From Octopus vulgaris (lineage: Eukaryota), in the NCBI GenBank assembly GCA_951406725.2, contig OX597814.1, forward strand, positions 201,004,001 through 201,068,000: 64,000 nt of DNA, in the 5' to 3' direction. Positions 1 through 13,139 of this stretch are shown here, in pieces (the first letter of the stretch is position 1; each line of letters begins with the position of its first letter). Under the pieces are notes generated by a model, which was not told the DNA's origin, searched no databases, and saw nothing but the letters and a program-made list of their open reading frames with translations. Both the position numbers and the translations under genes were made by a program.

Positions 1-228
1 TGTTGCATGTGTACATATAGTGTGTTGTATGTGCATGTGTTGTGTTGCATGGGTGTGCACTGTGTTGCACATGCAAGTTGAGTTGTGCACAATGTGTGGC
101 ACATCTGTACACGCACTCTGTTGTATGCACATGCCCATGTGCATTGTTGCACAAGTATGTGCATCGTATGGATGTATCATAGAGTGTTTGATGTATCTCT
201 GTACGCTTACTTCCGTTGTCCCACTGAC

Positions 229-608
229 GTGGAGGCGCAATGGCCCAGTGGTTAGGGCAGTGAACATTCAGTCATAGGATCGCGGTTTCAATTCCCAGAC
301 CGGATATTGTGAGTGTTTATTGAGCGAAAACACCCAAAGCACTATGTAACTTTGGCAGGGGGTGGTTGCAAACCCTGCTGTTTTCCTTCACCACGACTTT
401 CTCTCACTCTTTCTTCCTGTTTCTGTTGTGCCTGTATTTCAAAGGGGCCAGCCTTGTCACACTTTGTGTCGTGTTGAATCTCCCCAAGAACTACGTTAAG
501 GGTACGCGTGTCTATGGAGCATTCAGCCACTTGCACGTTAATTTCACAAGTAGGGTATTCCGTTGAATGGATCAACTGGAACACTCGTCGTTATAACCGA
601 CAGAGTGC
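229..608 (+). mobile_element. tRNA-derived SINE, group B (head B1 + tail T1)
   Basis: Pol III A-box (TGGCCCAGTGG) and B-box-like (GGTTTCAATTCC) head; body and tail recur at 21823-22200 (-) and 48524-48739 (+). Confidence 0.85.
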
Positions 609-830
609 TGTAACGCACTGATAACTGGAACAATAAGAACAACAACAGCAACGACATTTTGGAATGGTAGAGTTATTCCATTGCTCAGTTTGCCACCCTT
701 GGGTGCTGGGCAAACCAGAGATGATGTGTTGTGAAGTTCATTCTTTTTCCAAGTACATTTTTGAGTTGACAGTACGTAAAACTTGTTTTACTGTAAATTA
801 AAACTAGGCTGTGAATTTTTTTTTGACATA

Positions 831-1017
831 GGCGCAGGAGTGGCTGTTTGGTAAGTAGTTTGCTTACCAACCACATGGTTCCGGGTTCAGTTCCACTCTG
901 TGGCACTTTGGGCAAGTGTCTTCTGCTATAGCCTCGGGCCGACCAAAGCCTTGTGAGTAAATTTGGTAGACGGAAACCGAAAGAAGCCCGTCGTATATAT
1001 ATATGTATATATATATG

Positions 1018-1108
<91 letters not shown>

Positions 1109-1296
1109 TTGTGTGTGTGTGTGTCCCCAACATCGCTTGACAACCGATGGTGTGTTTACGTCCCCGTAAATTAGTGGTTTGGCAAAAGAGACCGATAGAA
1201 TAAGTACTAGGCTTACAAAGAATAAGTCGTGGAGTCGATTTGCTCGACTAAAGGCGGTGCTCTAGCATGGCCGCAGTCAAAATGACTGAAACAAGT
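831..1296 (+). mobile_element. tRNA-derived SINE, group A, full length with internal (TA)n(TG)n tract
   Basis: Head GGCGCAGGAGTGGCTG..GGTTCAGT; CORE-like TTGGGCAAGTGTCTT; 3' end GGCGGTGCTCTAGCATGGCCGCAGTCAAAATGACTGAAAC; more than 10 related copies in the window. Confidence 0.9.
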
Positions 1297-1338
1297 TATG
1301 AAAAATAATAAAAAGATCTCCCCACAACAGCAGCTGAT

Positions 1339-1371
<33 letters not shown>

Positions 1372-1964
1372 ACGGCAGCAGCAGCAGCAGCAGTATTTGT
1401 AGCTGCAAGGTTAATGTCGATAGCTGAAATAATTGTCCTACCAATATTTGTAAACTTGTCAAATCTCTAACACAGAAACTCCCAATTCACAGAGAAAGTT
1501 AAATTTACATCATAACCACTACGATACAATCAGAATAGAAATTAGAATAGAAACAATAAGAAATTAAAGAACGACTGGAGAAGGTTTGGAGGGCGGGGGG
1601 TGGGGGGTGAAAGGAAGGCGAAATGGTTGGGGGTTTCTTTGGTACAAACTCTTGAGATATTACTCAAGTCAGTCTTATAGTCACACATGATGGCATCTTC
1701 TGAGTGATGGGATGAACTATTGTGTTTGAAGTGAAATAATGATAAATTGTCTTATTGCTTTACTGAACAATAGAGCTATCAAGAAGAAAAGGTCAATTTG
1801 TATGGTATCCATTAAGACTTGCTTCTGCGTCCTTTCTACTCTTGGTGATTTCATCGAAAGTTTTGATACGGTTCAGTGAATAGTATAGACATAAAACTTA
1901 TTGCTTGACTGTTCAACAGCCCCCCCCACCCACTTTGTTTTTGCCTTTCCTTCTTGCTTTCGTC

Positions 1965-2259
1965 GCCACGACCACTACTACGAAAACAAACACCGACACC
2001 ACCACCACCAGCATCACCACCACCACCACCACCGCCACCATCATCATCATCATCATCATCACCATCATCATCATCGCCGTCATCATCATCATAATCTTCC
2101 GCATTGTTGTCAGCGTCATCGTCGCCATTGTCGTCATCACAGCTACTATTAGCAGCACCATCCTCATCCTCATCCTCATCCTCACCACCACCATCATCCT
2201 CATCAACATCACCATCGTCGTCATCATCATCATCATCATCAACATCAACATCATCATCG

Positions 2260-2290
<31 letters not shown>

Positions 2291-2520
2291 ATTCATCCAC
2301 CTCCTCCTCCTCATCATCATCATCATCACAGTCATCACATCAATATAAATACCACCACCACCACCACCACTACCATCACCACTACCACCAATCACCATCA
2401 CCATCATTATTACCACCACCACAGCTGCCACCGCTATCACCGCCACGACGACGACGACGACGACGACCACCACCACCACCACTACCACGACCACGACCAC
2501 CGCTGCCTCCTCCACTGCCC
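1965..2520. repeat. Compound trinucleotide microsatellite (CAC/CAT/CGT/CCT/CGA)
   Basis: Directly visible; gives homopolymeric ORFs in multiple frames on both strands. Confidence 0.95.
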
Positions 2521-2719
2521 ACCGCCCCCACGTCTGTCGGCGTCATTCTTATTGTCCCAATCGTTCTGAGTAATTGCAGCAAATATGATGAGTTCAAAGG
2601 TACAAACGAAAGGTTTCTCAAATATTTAGGGGTTTGGGATTTCATGCTTTTCATGATTTTTCCCAATGAGGAAACCCGCGTGAACTCGGATACGAAAATA
2701 GATTATGAACTTTCGTGAT

Positions 2720-2722
<3 letters not shown>

Positions 2723-2772
<50 letters not shown>

Positions 2773-3335
2773 AGCACATCATCTTTGACCACCACCACCA
2801 CCACCACCACCACCATCGTCTTCAACACATTTCCATTTTTACTAATTTTGAGGACTACTACTACTACTACTACTACTGTCACCACCACTTCTAGAGCCAT
2901 CACTGCCACCGCCACTGCCAACACCACAACCACTGCTGGTGGTGGTAGTGTTTCTGCCATTACTGCTGCTACTGCTACTACACAGTGCATATGTCCAAAA
3001 TCACATCCCCAAATGAACCAATTGACTGCAAGTAAATCACCAACGCAGATAAACACAATTCCTCCTCCTCCTCCTCCTCCTCACTTCTTCCTCTGTCTCC
3101 TCCTCTTCCTCGTAGTTGTCGTCGTCGTCGTCGTCATCATATCATCATTATGGTCGTCGTCATTGTCATCGTTATCATCATTGTCGTCGTTGTCATCGTC
3201 GTTGTCGTCATCATCAACATCGTCATCATCATCATCGTCATCATCATGGTGAACATCATCATCATCATCATCATTATCGTCGTCGTCGTTGTCATCGTCA
3301 TCGTCATCGTCATCATCATCATCATCATCATCATA
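2723..3335. repeat. (TG)n, (ACC)n, (ACT)n, (CCT)n and (CGT/CAT)n microsatellite cluster
   Basis: Directly visible simple repeats. Confidence 0.9.
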
Positions 3336-3600
3336 TAACTGTCCTTGTCAGTAACATTATACTTCATACAGTCATGGAAATGGTGAGTGGGGCCAAAATA
3401 TGTGATTCTTTGAGACGAGGGATAGGAAGAGAGAAGCAGGATAAAAAGGAGGAAAAAATCATGAGAGAAGAAACAGTAAGACAGAGAGAGAGAGAGAGAA
3501 TAAGACTAAGAAGACAAGGAAGGAGGGAGAGAGAGAAGGAGAGAGGGGAGAGAGAGAAGGAGAGAGGGGAGAGAGAGACGGTGGAGAGAAAGATCTAGAC

Positions 3601-4169
3601 CAGTGGTTCGCAACCTTTTCACAGTGGTTTCCAACCCTTTTATTTAAATGAGTTTTCCCACAGACCCCTTTTGATAGGTTTATCCTTATGTATATCATCA
3701 TCATCATCATCATCATCATTCAACGTCCGCCTCCGATGCTGGCATGGGTGGGACAGTTTCACAAGAGCCAGCCAGGCAGAAGCCTGTACCAGACTTCTGT
3801 GACTGTTTTGACAGGATTTTTACAGCTGGATCCCCTTTCTAACACTGACCATTCAGCAGAATGGACTTAGTGCTTTTTACGTGGCACAAGCACAGGTGAG
3901 GTCAGTTTTTGGCAAGGTTTTTACAACTGGATGCCTTTCCGAATACCAACCACTTTACACTGTGGACTGGGGCTTGTAAGCAGCACCTGCACTGACTGGG
4001 TCACCAAGTATTTGCAAGACAACCCACCCACCAAATAACCATTGTCACAAAGAATCAAATAAATATATACATATATAATTATATATGAAGTTTTGAATTT
4101 AGTTCACGGGCCCCAGTACTACCTTTGTGGACCACCAGGGGTCTGCAGACTCCAGTTTGGGAACCAGTG
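3601..4169. mobile_element. Non-autonomous hAT (Charlie-like) MITE with a nested retroposon insertion
   Basis: Imperfect TIRs CAGTGGTTCGCAACCT / AGTTTGGGAACCAGTG; 8-bp TSD ATCTAGAC (3593-3600) / ATCTAGAA (4170-4177), which matches the NTCTAGAN target of Charlie-type hATs. Confidence 0.8.
3693..4015 (-). mobile_element. Diverged RTE-type 3' tail inserted in the hAT MITE
   Basis: Reverse-complement similarity to 6130-6368; (CAT)n tail at the left end. Confidence 0.7.
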
Positions 4170-4416
4170 ATCTAGAAGCAAGGGAGGAAATTTGTAGGAG
4201 TGGTTTGGGAAAGGAAGATCTTGCAAGGAGACAACGAGAATGAGGGGAAACAAAGAGAGAACTATTTAGTGGTTAGTATGATGCATGTAGCCATGATTGT
4301 GGGGTGGAGAAGGTCACTTCACAACTAACTGGGTCCAGGCTCGAACCCACAGAATAACACAATACGGCTTTGGTCACTAACATTTACATACATGTATACC
4401 TTTATACGACAGTATC

Positions 4417-4643
4417 TGGCCGATGACTGTACTGCCTGACTGGCCTCCGTGCCAGTGGCACGTAAGAAGCACCCTCTACACTCTTGGAGTGGTTGGTGTT
4501 AGGAAGGGCATCCAGCTGTAGAAACCTTGCCAGATAAGATTGGAGCCTGGTGCAGCCTTCTGGCTTGCCAGTCCTCAGTCAAACCGTCCAACTCATACCA
4601 GCATGGAAAGCGGACGTTAAACGACGACAACGATGATGATGAT
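4417..4643 (+). mobile_element. RTE LINE 3' UTR fragment
   Basis: Colinear with 6130-6368; ends GGACGTTAAACGACGAC..(GAT)n. Confidence 0.8.
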
Positions 4644-4650
4644 ATACATC

Positions 4651-5085
4651 TTACTTTTATCTTTTAGTTTCCGGTCATAGGATTACGGCCAAGCAGGAGC
4701 AGCACCTTGAAGAGTTTACTTGAACAAATCAACCCCAGTACTTATTGTTTTGAGTCTAGTAATTAAGTGATTGGTCTCTTCTGCCAATCTAAGCTTTTGT
4801 GGATGTAAACAAACCAAGACCAGTTGTCAAACAATAGCGAGAGAAACACAAACACAAAGACACATGCATATATGTGCACGCATGCATTCTCACACGCATA
4901 TAATGCACTTCAACAAAGAAGTCACCAATCACATTTGCTCACAAAGCGCTGGCCAGCCTGGGTCTATAGTGGAAGACATTTATCCAAGGCGCCGTGCAGT
5001 GGGATTGAACCTGAAACCACGTGGTTGGAAAATGAGCTTCTTAACCACACAGCAATGCCTGAACCAATGGCCATAACCGTGCCTA
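4651..5085 (-). mobile_element. Diverged group A SINE
   Basis: Reverse-complement similarity to 831-1296 along its length. Confidence 0.75.
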
Positions 5086-5169
5086 CATGTAAGCTAGCCA
5101 TATCAATCTTATCTATATACTCTTCTCCTCTATAATTTAGAGTGTGCTTCTTTTTTTGATTTATGATTT

Positions 5170-6368
5170 CCTGCTCGATGTGTAGAAAAGACATAGGTAG
5201 AAACTCCATAAGATGTACCTGGTGTAAGCTATGGACACATAAGAGGTGTAGCAATATCAAAGGAAGGTTATCTGGGAAGATAGCTCTTGTGTGTGGCTGA
5301 TGCACAGGTACAATAAACACTGAAGCTGTACAGAAAACAGAGTCCATCACATGCCTGGGGGGAAATCTAGAAGTAGTTGATAGCTTCCGTTACCTAGGTG
5401 ACCAGGTCAGTAGCGGGGTGTGGATGCGTTGAGAGCGTAGCTGCTAGAGCCTGGGCTAAATTCAAAGCCCTCCCACTTCTGCTGATAACAAAGGGCCTTT
5501 CGCTTAGAGTGAAAGGTAGACTGTATGATGCATGTATGCGAACAACCATGCTACACGGCAGTGAAACATGGGCTGTGACAGCTGAGGACATGCGTAAGCT
5601 CACAAAGAATGAAGCTAGTATGATCCGCTGGATGTGTAACATCAGTGTATACATGACAGAGTGTAAGCGTCCTGAGAGAAAAGTGGGACATAAGAAGCAT
5701 CAGATGTGGTGTGCAAGAGAGACAACTGCGTTGGTATGGTCATGTGTTGCATATGGATGAAGACAGCTGTGTGAAGAAGTGTCACACCCTAACAGTGGAG
5801 GGAACCTGTGGAAGAGGTGGACCCAGGAAGACATCAGGTGAGGTGGTGAAGCACGACCTATGAACGTTGAGCCTCACAGACGCAATGACAAGAGATCCAG
5901 AACTTTGGAGATATGCTGTGCTTGAGAAGATCCGGCAAGCCAAGTGAGATCGTAGCTGGGGATGATGCCAGTGTCACATGATGCCCATCTAAAAGTACCC
6001 TTCAATCATCGGGCAATATGCTGAGCTTGTGAAGACCTGATGAATGAAGTGAAATCGTAGTCGTGGCCGATGCCAGTGCCGCCTGACAGGAACCTGTACC
6101 GGTAGCATGTAAAAAGTACCACTTGAGCGTGGCTGATGCCAGTGCCGCCTGACTGGTTCCTGTGCTGGTGGCATGTAAAAAGCACCCACGACACTCTAGG
6201 AGTGTTTGGCGTTAGGAAAGGCATCCAGCTGTAGGAACTTTGCCAAATCAGATTGGAGCCTGGTGCAGCCTCCCGGCTTGCCAGTCCTCAGTCAAACCGT
6301 CCAACCCATGCGAGTATGGAAAGCGGTCGTTAAACGACGAAGACGAGACGACGACGACGATGATGATG
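5170..6368 (+). mobile_element. 5'-truncated, disabled RTE-clade LINE (PHD-like finger, RT C-terminus, 3' UTR, (GAC/GAT)n tail)
   Basis: Translations LEVVDSFRYLGD, AWAKFKALPLLLITKGLSLRVKGRLYDACMRTTMLHGSETW and GRGGPRKT..LWRYAVLEKIRQAK* are typical RTE ORF C-terminal motifs; contains stops and frameshifts. Confidence 0.88.
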
Positions 6369-6509
6369 TAGCTTGAAGATCCAATGGAGGTAGGATCAAC
6401 AAGAAACTACTCCATCTAGCGAGAGACAAATATCAATTTAAATATGCCTGTTCAAGTATCGTAAATGCATGGAACTATTAGTAGCTATTTCGGTTGTATA
6501 TTTAAATTG

Positions 6510-6936
<427 letters not shown>

Positions 6937-7234
6937 CTTACTTAAAAATGGATATGTGGCGTTCGATCATATGATAATATAAATAATATATAAATATAAG
7001 CATATATACATACATATATGTACATACCTACATATATATGTATATATACATGCATATATGAATACAGGACATAAAAAAAACGTCAACAAAATGAGAAACG
7101 AGATCATAAAAAAAACCCCATAGAAAACGAACTTTTTTCAAACAATGAAAGAAACAAATAGAGAAACGAGACATGCAACATAAAGAACATTCCCTTCATC
7201 AGTTGTCCCCTGTTTTATGTCGTTGTGTATTTGT

Positions 7235-7402
7235 ACCTGGTGTTGGTTTGTGCATGTCCCCATAACTTAGCAGTCTGACAGAAGAAACTGATAAGCCACC
7301 AGGCTTTAAAAAGATGTACTGGGATTGATTTGTTCAACTAAAATCTCTTCAAGGCAATACCCCAGCATGGCTGCTCTCCAATGACTGAAACCAGTAAAAG
7401 AT
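7235..7402 (+). mobile_element. Group A SINE 3' half, diverged
   Basis: Similar to 1145-1296. Confidence 0.65.
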
Positions 7403-8109
7403 AACATAATATTCACATTAAAAGAAGCACTCGTTTGCCCCATATATAGTTCTTAACAATACAGAATGTGATTAAATGTATTATGACAATAACACATCTT
7501 TTAAATGTTAATTGTTGAGACAGTTTCCTTGTATATCATGCAAAGTCGTCAGCAAACTCTGATTCAAGATTCATAAAATATATTGGATGAACACTCTCAA
7601 ATTATTGTACAAATAAATATCGTAATAATTTAAACACTCCAACCAGAAAATCAAACACAACTCTGCCCAAACATATTTCGGTTATGAAATCAAGAAACTT
7701 AAATTTACATATAAATGGAAAGTTTTTGAAGTAGCAAGAGCTAACAGCTAATACAAAGGACATAACCCAGGTGAACTTAGCCATTTGATAAATGGTGATC
7801 AATACAGTGACTACTTGACTAAGTGCTAGATTCAATAGAATTGACTAAGTCTTTTGAAAGTGCTGTACCAACATTACTCATGCAGTAGTGTAACTGAAAG
7901 CAGATAATAAATTAAATGAAAATAACGAGGGGGAAAGATAAGACGAAGAAAGGAAGCCGTTATGGAGAAGGAAGCAAAGTAGAAGAAGAAGACAAAGAGC
8001 ATGGAGACAGTGAAGAAGAAGGAAGGTGAAGAAAATAATGTGTAGAAGAGAAACTAGATGCTCTGCCCACTCAGGCTTGACCCGGAGTCAAACAACAACA
8101 ACAACAACA

Positions 8110-8400
8110 ACAATAGCAACTATAAAATTCCCTAGGACAATAATGGTATCCATGAAAGACTTTTACAGATTAGGCATGGAAATGGCAATCTCAATCATTG
8201 GCAGAAAGAAGATAATATCAATCTTGGTAAAAAGTATACTTAGCTTAATAAAAGATGCTGCTGACTAAGAAAGGGATAACATAACTGGTCACTCCAAATT
8301 CCATGAAATACATGCGCTTCACAGTGAACCAACATGGAACGCAGACGACATTTGCTCTGCTAAAAATAGCGCCCAAAGTGCTTTGAAATTCAACACTACT
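8110..8400 (+). mobile_element. Possible highly decayed R4/Dong LINE C-terminus
   Basis: Translation ..VSMKDFYRL..KKIISILVKSILSLIKDAAD*ERDNITGHSKFHEI loosely parallels the end of the R4/Dong endonuclease region; similarity is weak. Confidence 0.35.
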
Positions 8401-8429
8401 TTCTTCAGAGAAGAAGTATACAATGAGTA

Positions 8430-8644
8430 TTGGTTTCAAATTTTGGCACAGGACCTGCAATTTCGAGGGTCCGTAAGTTGATTACATCGATCCTTGTATT
8501 CAACTGGTACTTTATTTTATCGACCACGAAAGGACGAAAGGTAAAGTTGACCTCAGCAGAATTTGAACTCTGAATGTAAAGACGGACAAAATGCCTCTGA
8601 GCATTTTGACCGGCATGCTAACAATTTTGCCAGCTCGCCGCCTT
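8430..8644 (-). mobile_element. Group C SINE, older monomer
   Basis: Reverse complement of AAGGCGGCGAGCTGGCA..GAGTTCAAATTC..; flanked by a degenerate direct repeat AGTA.ACA.TGA.TA.TG. Confidence 0.8.
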
Positions 8645-9101
8645 AGTAGACATTGAATACTGAAGTGGGTTCAAGGACCGCATCTTCTATATGCTGGTTC
8701 CCGACGCTCGCAAAAGGAATCGCCACCTTAATGTCATTTGGTTTGTCTTACTCTTCTCTCTCAATGTTAAAACTTGCGTGGGAAGAACATTCCTTAGACT
8801 GGTAGACAAACGCTTCAGGCGTAGAGTTCCCCATTCGTAGAATAGTTACGCCACAGTTACTTCGAATATCACTATGGCTGGAGCCGAAGAAAGGGGGATA
8901 ACCCCTTCCCGCCCGTCCGCAGCACGTAGAATTATTCTTTGTTTACAAAACCAACTAATCGTTACGTATTTCTTCCTCCAGTTGTAGAGAGGTTATGTGC
9001 CTTCAGCCATTTGAGTTTGACGAGTCGTCTATACTGCTAAGCACTTTATAGGTGCGAAACCAATGGTCACTCTATGATCGGCCATAACATTTTACTTCCT
9101 A

Positions 9102-9148
<47 letters not shown>

Positions 9149-10718
9149 CCCTTTATTCCTTCGGAATTGAGAATATGCAGTCTTCGAAACATGTGTCGAG
9201 AATAAAGGAATTTTGTTAAACCGTCGTTCGACTCCATTCTTTAATTTATTTATAGTAAAAAAACACAAAAATTTCCACACGAAAGCACGTGATTTCTGCC
9301 CTTGGCATGTAGCTTCAACCGTGTTTTCTGACGTAAATTTGCTACCCGGGTATCGGTTAACCGAATTATCTATACTAGGATAATTCATTCAACTACTTAT
9401 ATATATATATATATGTATATGCCAAGCTTAATTCAGTTTCTGCTTACCAAATCCATTCAATACTTGACCTCGGTGCCATATAATGAGACTGATCCAGAAA
9501 GCACTAGGTTAGGAAACAGACTTCTTAAACATACAGTAATCATAACAAAATATAAAAAAGACACAATATAGTATTGCATGTAGTTTACAAACAATATTTG
9601 TTTGCTCAGTAAAGCTAAGTACGTTCTCCTTTCACTACAACTGCATTGTGTTGCGATCATGTAAGTTGGTTAGGCGATGGTGGTGTTCCAGAACCATTGT
9701 GTTTGGCGAACTAAGTGAACCTATTATAATCGAACGTTGTGTAGTAAAGCGACCAACTCAAGCAACAACTTTAGCTTGTTAACATTAATTAACAGAACTG
9801 GAAACAGCAAACAGCAAACAGAATGCACTTGATAAGACTGTTAGTTAGAACTTCAAAAGATGCCGACCAGAACTTTAAAAAAATATATACGAACAAATAA
9901 AGAACAAAAAACAAAAAGAATGTATAAATTGCCTTGTCAAGATTTTTTTTTTGTATGAAATATTGCAGGAAATATTTTCATTCATCGACATATTTAGCCA
10001 TCAGAAACCATGCTGGTGTTAGCTAACCATCGTCACCATCTTTATGGATATGAAAGAAATAGTGAATTAACTGATGTAATTAGGATTTAATTTGAAGCCC
10101 AGTTAGTTGACTGGCAAAGATTCTCCTTTCTTTTGAACATTCAACAGCCATTAATGTACAGAATTGCTATTTCGCCTCCTAGTTTCTGTTCTGCTACTAC
10201 TTTTACATGACCTTTTGCTTCTACGAACTATCAAGCTATCAACTAGTCTATACAATACAACAGTCTCTCCTGTTCTCATTGTCATTGCTCTGCCTTACTC
10301 ACAAACTCTGTACAAAATAATCGTTCCTCTTAGAATTGCAGACTTTGGGATTTCTGTCCCTGCAAATTTTTTTTTCTTACTGATACCAACTTAAAAGGTT
10401 TTCCGTTCTGTCAATATAATCATTCTTGTAGGCTTGCAAATATCCTGAACATTACCTCTAAATATTCAACTAAAACAAATGGATGCCTAACTTTAACATC
10501 GAAACAAATATCGTGCGGGTGTCATAAGATGGCACAACGGCTAAAATAATGGTTAGGGTTATGGATAATTTATACTTTGCAAAATCTTGATTTGCAATAG
10601 AACTATTGTATTTACACATGTGTAACGCTAAAAACTGATTACAAAACGTCAGGGGACAGAATTGTACTTAAGCATTGTTTTCCAGAGTAAAACATGCATG
10701 AAGAGAGAAAAAATATAT

Positions 10719-10950
10719 ATTTCTTTACTACCGACAAGGGGCTAAACATAGAGAGGACAAACAATGACAGACAAACGAATTAAGTCGATTACATCGACCC
10801 CAGTGCGTAACTGGTACTTAATTTATCGACCCCGAAAGGATGAACGGCAAAGTCAACCTCGGCGGAATTTGAACTCAGAACGTAGCGGCAGACGAAATAC
10901 GGCAACGCATTTCGCCCGGCGTGCTAACGTTTCTGCCAGCTCGCCGCCTT
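10719..10950 (-). mobile_element. Group C SINE monomer with TSD
   Basis: Full head-to-tail copy flanked by AAGAGAGAAAA(AA)TATATA on both sides. Confidence 0.9.
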
Positions 10951-11074
10951 AAAGAGAGAAAATATATAACTGATTTCTAAGTACAAATATTGGTGTTGGG
11001 TCATGTCATATTTAATACAATGGATGTAACAATCCATTTCAATTAACTATTCTATTGCAGAGGAAAATAACTTT

Positions 11075-11678
11075 CTACAAGCGTTCCATTGATGTACTTG
11101 CGGCGGCATTCATCCACTGTGGGTTGAGCCGTCTCCGACCACCGAGTTCATCCAGTCCTTCATAAATGCTGACCACATCCGACGTTCGGCCGATGCGGAC
11201 ACCGTAGCCGTAGTCACCCTTCGTTGTTGAGGTATAGAGTTCATGTTCGGAGATTCGAAGAATTCGTGGGAAATACAAGTTCACATGTGGTGTCCGGTCA
11301 CATGCATACACACTTTGGGATAGTGTGATCCGCAGCAGCAGATCTTTGCTGTCGTTTGCTGACCGTTGCAGAGGCATTCGCTGACCAAATCATCGCTGGT
11401 TATCGGAGCAGATGTAGTCTGGGTTTTTATCGGGTTCAAGAGGTATGCTTTAACAAAAGCTAAGGGGTACCTCACGCCCAGTGATCTTACAGCACGCCGG
11501 ACACAACCTGGAATTTCTGACGGCCCATGCTATTGGAAGATAGCGGTTGAACCTACACTGGGTTCATCCTTCCTTTTGACAGGCCTTATTGTTAGTCCTG
11601 CTGGGGTTCTAGCAACCCTCCTCACCAAACAAGCCTAGCAGGGGTGCCGGTTCAGTCGTCGACGACCCGACCATGCAT
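11075..11678 (-). mobile_element. GC-richer segment, probably the 5' UTR and decayed endonuclease start of a LINE
   Basis: CpG-rich relative to flanks; ORF peptide HELYTSTTKGDYGYGVRIG resembles the region before the GVG motif of APE endonucleases; not a firm assignment. Confidence 0.35.
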
Positions 11679-11899
11679 TGTTGGTGGTGGTGGTGGTGGT
11701 GACTGATTTAACTTTTAAGTTGGAAGTGAGTGGACTCTCTACGTTCTGTGATCGATTCCTACCTCCTTGATTTTACCTTCCATCTCTCGGGTGTTGATAG
11801 AATAAAGTACCAGTCTAGTAATGGGGTCGGTCTAATCAACTAATTCCCCCCCCCATAAAAGTTTTAGCCTTATGCCTAAATTAGGAACACCCCTCCTCC

Positions 11900-12171
11900 T
11901 CCTCATTTTAACGTCCACATTTTTTTGCTTGCATGGGTCACGCTGAATTTGCTGTGACTTCTCCTGTCACCAACTCATCTGTTCGTAAGCAAGGTAATAT
12001 TTTCCTTTGGCCAGACATGCTTTTCGCGGAAGATTCGAAATGAATGACGCTAGTTTACATTACAACCCTCACCTGATGTCAAGGCAAAAGCGTGTACTTA
12101 CGTGCACACGCTCAACCGCCACACACACACACACACAGACAAACTCTCTCTCTCTCTCTCTCTCTCACACG

Positions 12172-12235
<64 letters not shown>

Positions 12236-12410
12236 GATACACATATACATCAGGCTTCTTTCAGGTTCCGTCTGCCAAATACACTCACAAAGCAAAACTT
12301 TTGGTGGCTCGGGTCTACAATAAGAGACACTTATCCAACGTGTCGCACAACAAAGCCGAACCCGCATGATTGGGAAGCAGGTTTCTTGACCACACTGCCA
12401 TGCCTGCACC
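11900..12410 (-). mobile_element. Chimeric SINE: group A head + microsatellite + RTE-like tail
   Basis: 12245-12410 matches the group A head; 11900-12075 ends (minus strand) GTGGACGTTAAAATGAGGAG like the RTE 3' end; same architecture at 62300-62670. Confidence 0.65.
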
Positions 12411-13139
12411 TCATAGCCATGCTAGCATCTCATCATTAGTCAATTGGGAATTGTTCAAAAAGGAATAGATCAATGCTTCAATTCTTTGAAATAAATGTTA
12501 TTTGTTTTATTTTATCATCGCCAGATGTCATCAGACAGCGTAATCCTAATTGGAAGACATATTGAAACTTGTCATTCATGAAACAATGTACGAGACGGAT
12601 GAGGTGAGCCGATGATAGAAGCAATTGGCAAGTCGTTACGTTTAAAAGATATGGAGAAATGAAAGATAGAACCTTTTGCACAGAGGTGAAGGAAGCTGGT
12701 GTTAATTTTGTGGACAGATATTGCGCAAAAGGTGATAGAGTTTCAGGGACATGATGAATATTTAAAGGACATTAGTGTTTGTGAGAACATATGACGAAGA
12801 GAATCAATTTATAATTAATAGTATAGATATAATGCAGCCAGCTAGCCAACCAGTAAGCTTCAACACTATACTTTAAGTAATTCTATTTCCTCAACCGAAC
12901 AAGATACTTTCTTGTTCATTTACTCAGTGAGTCGCTTATCATTTCTTCGTCAAATATGATGAAGGTTATATTTTGTTGAAGAAATCAGAATTACATCCAA
13001 GTATATTCAGTACATTTTCCTCCTGTAATTTGCTGAAGCATTTAAAATAACCCTAATCTTTGATTTATATTGATTTTTGCCTTCTCACCTAATTATTTCT
13101 CGCTAGCTTTTTCATGAAAATTAGCATCTAAAAGCATAT

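Noticed and set aside
1851-3598. Long ORFs (up to 204 aa) rich in D, H, I, M, S, T or V
   Set aside because: They are open in several frames on both strands because they translate trinucleotide microsatellites; no domain or splice evidence.
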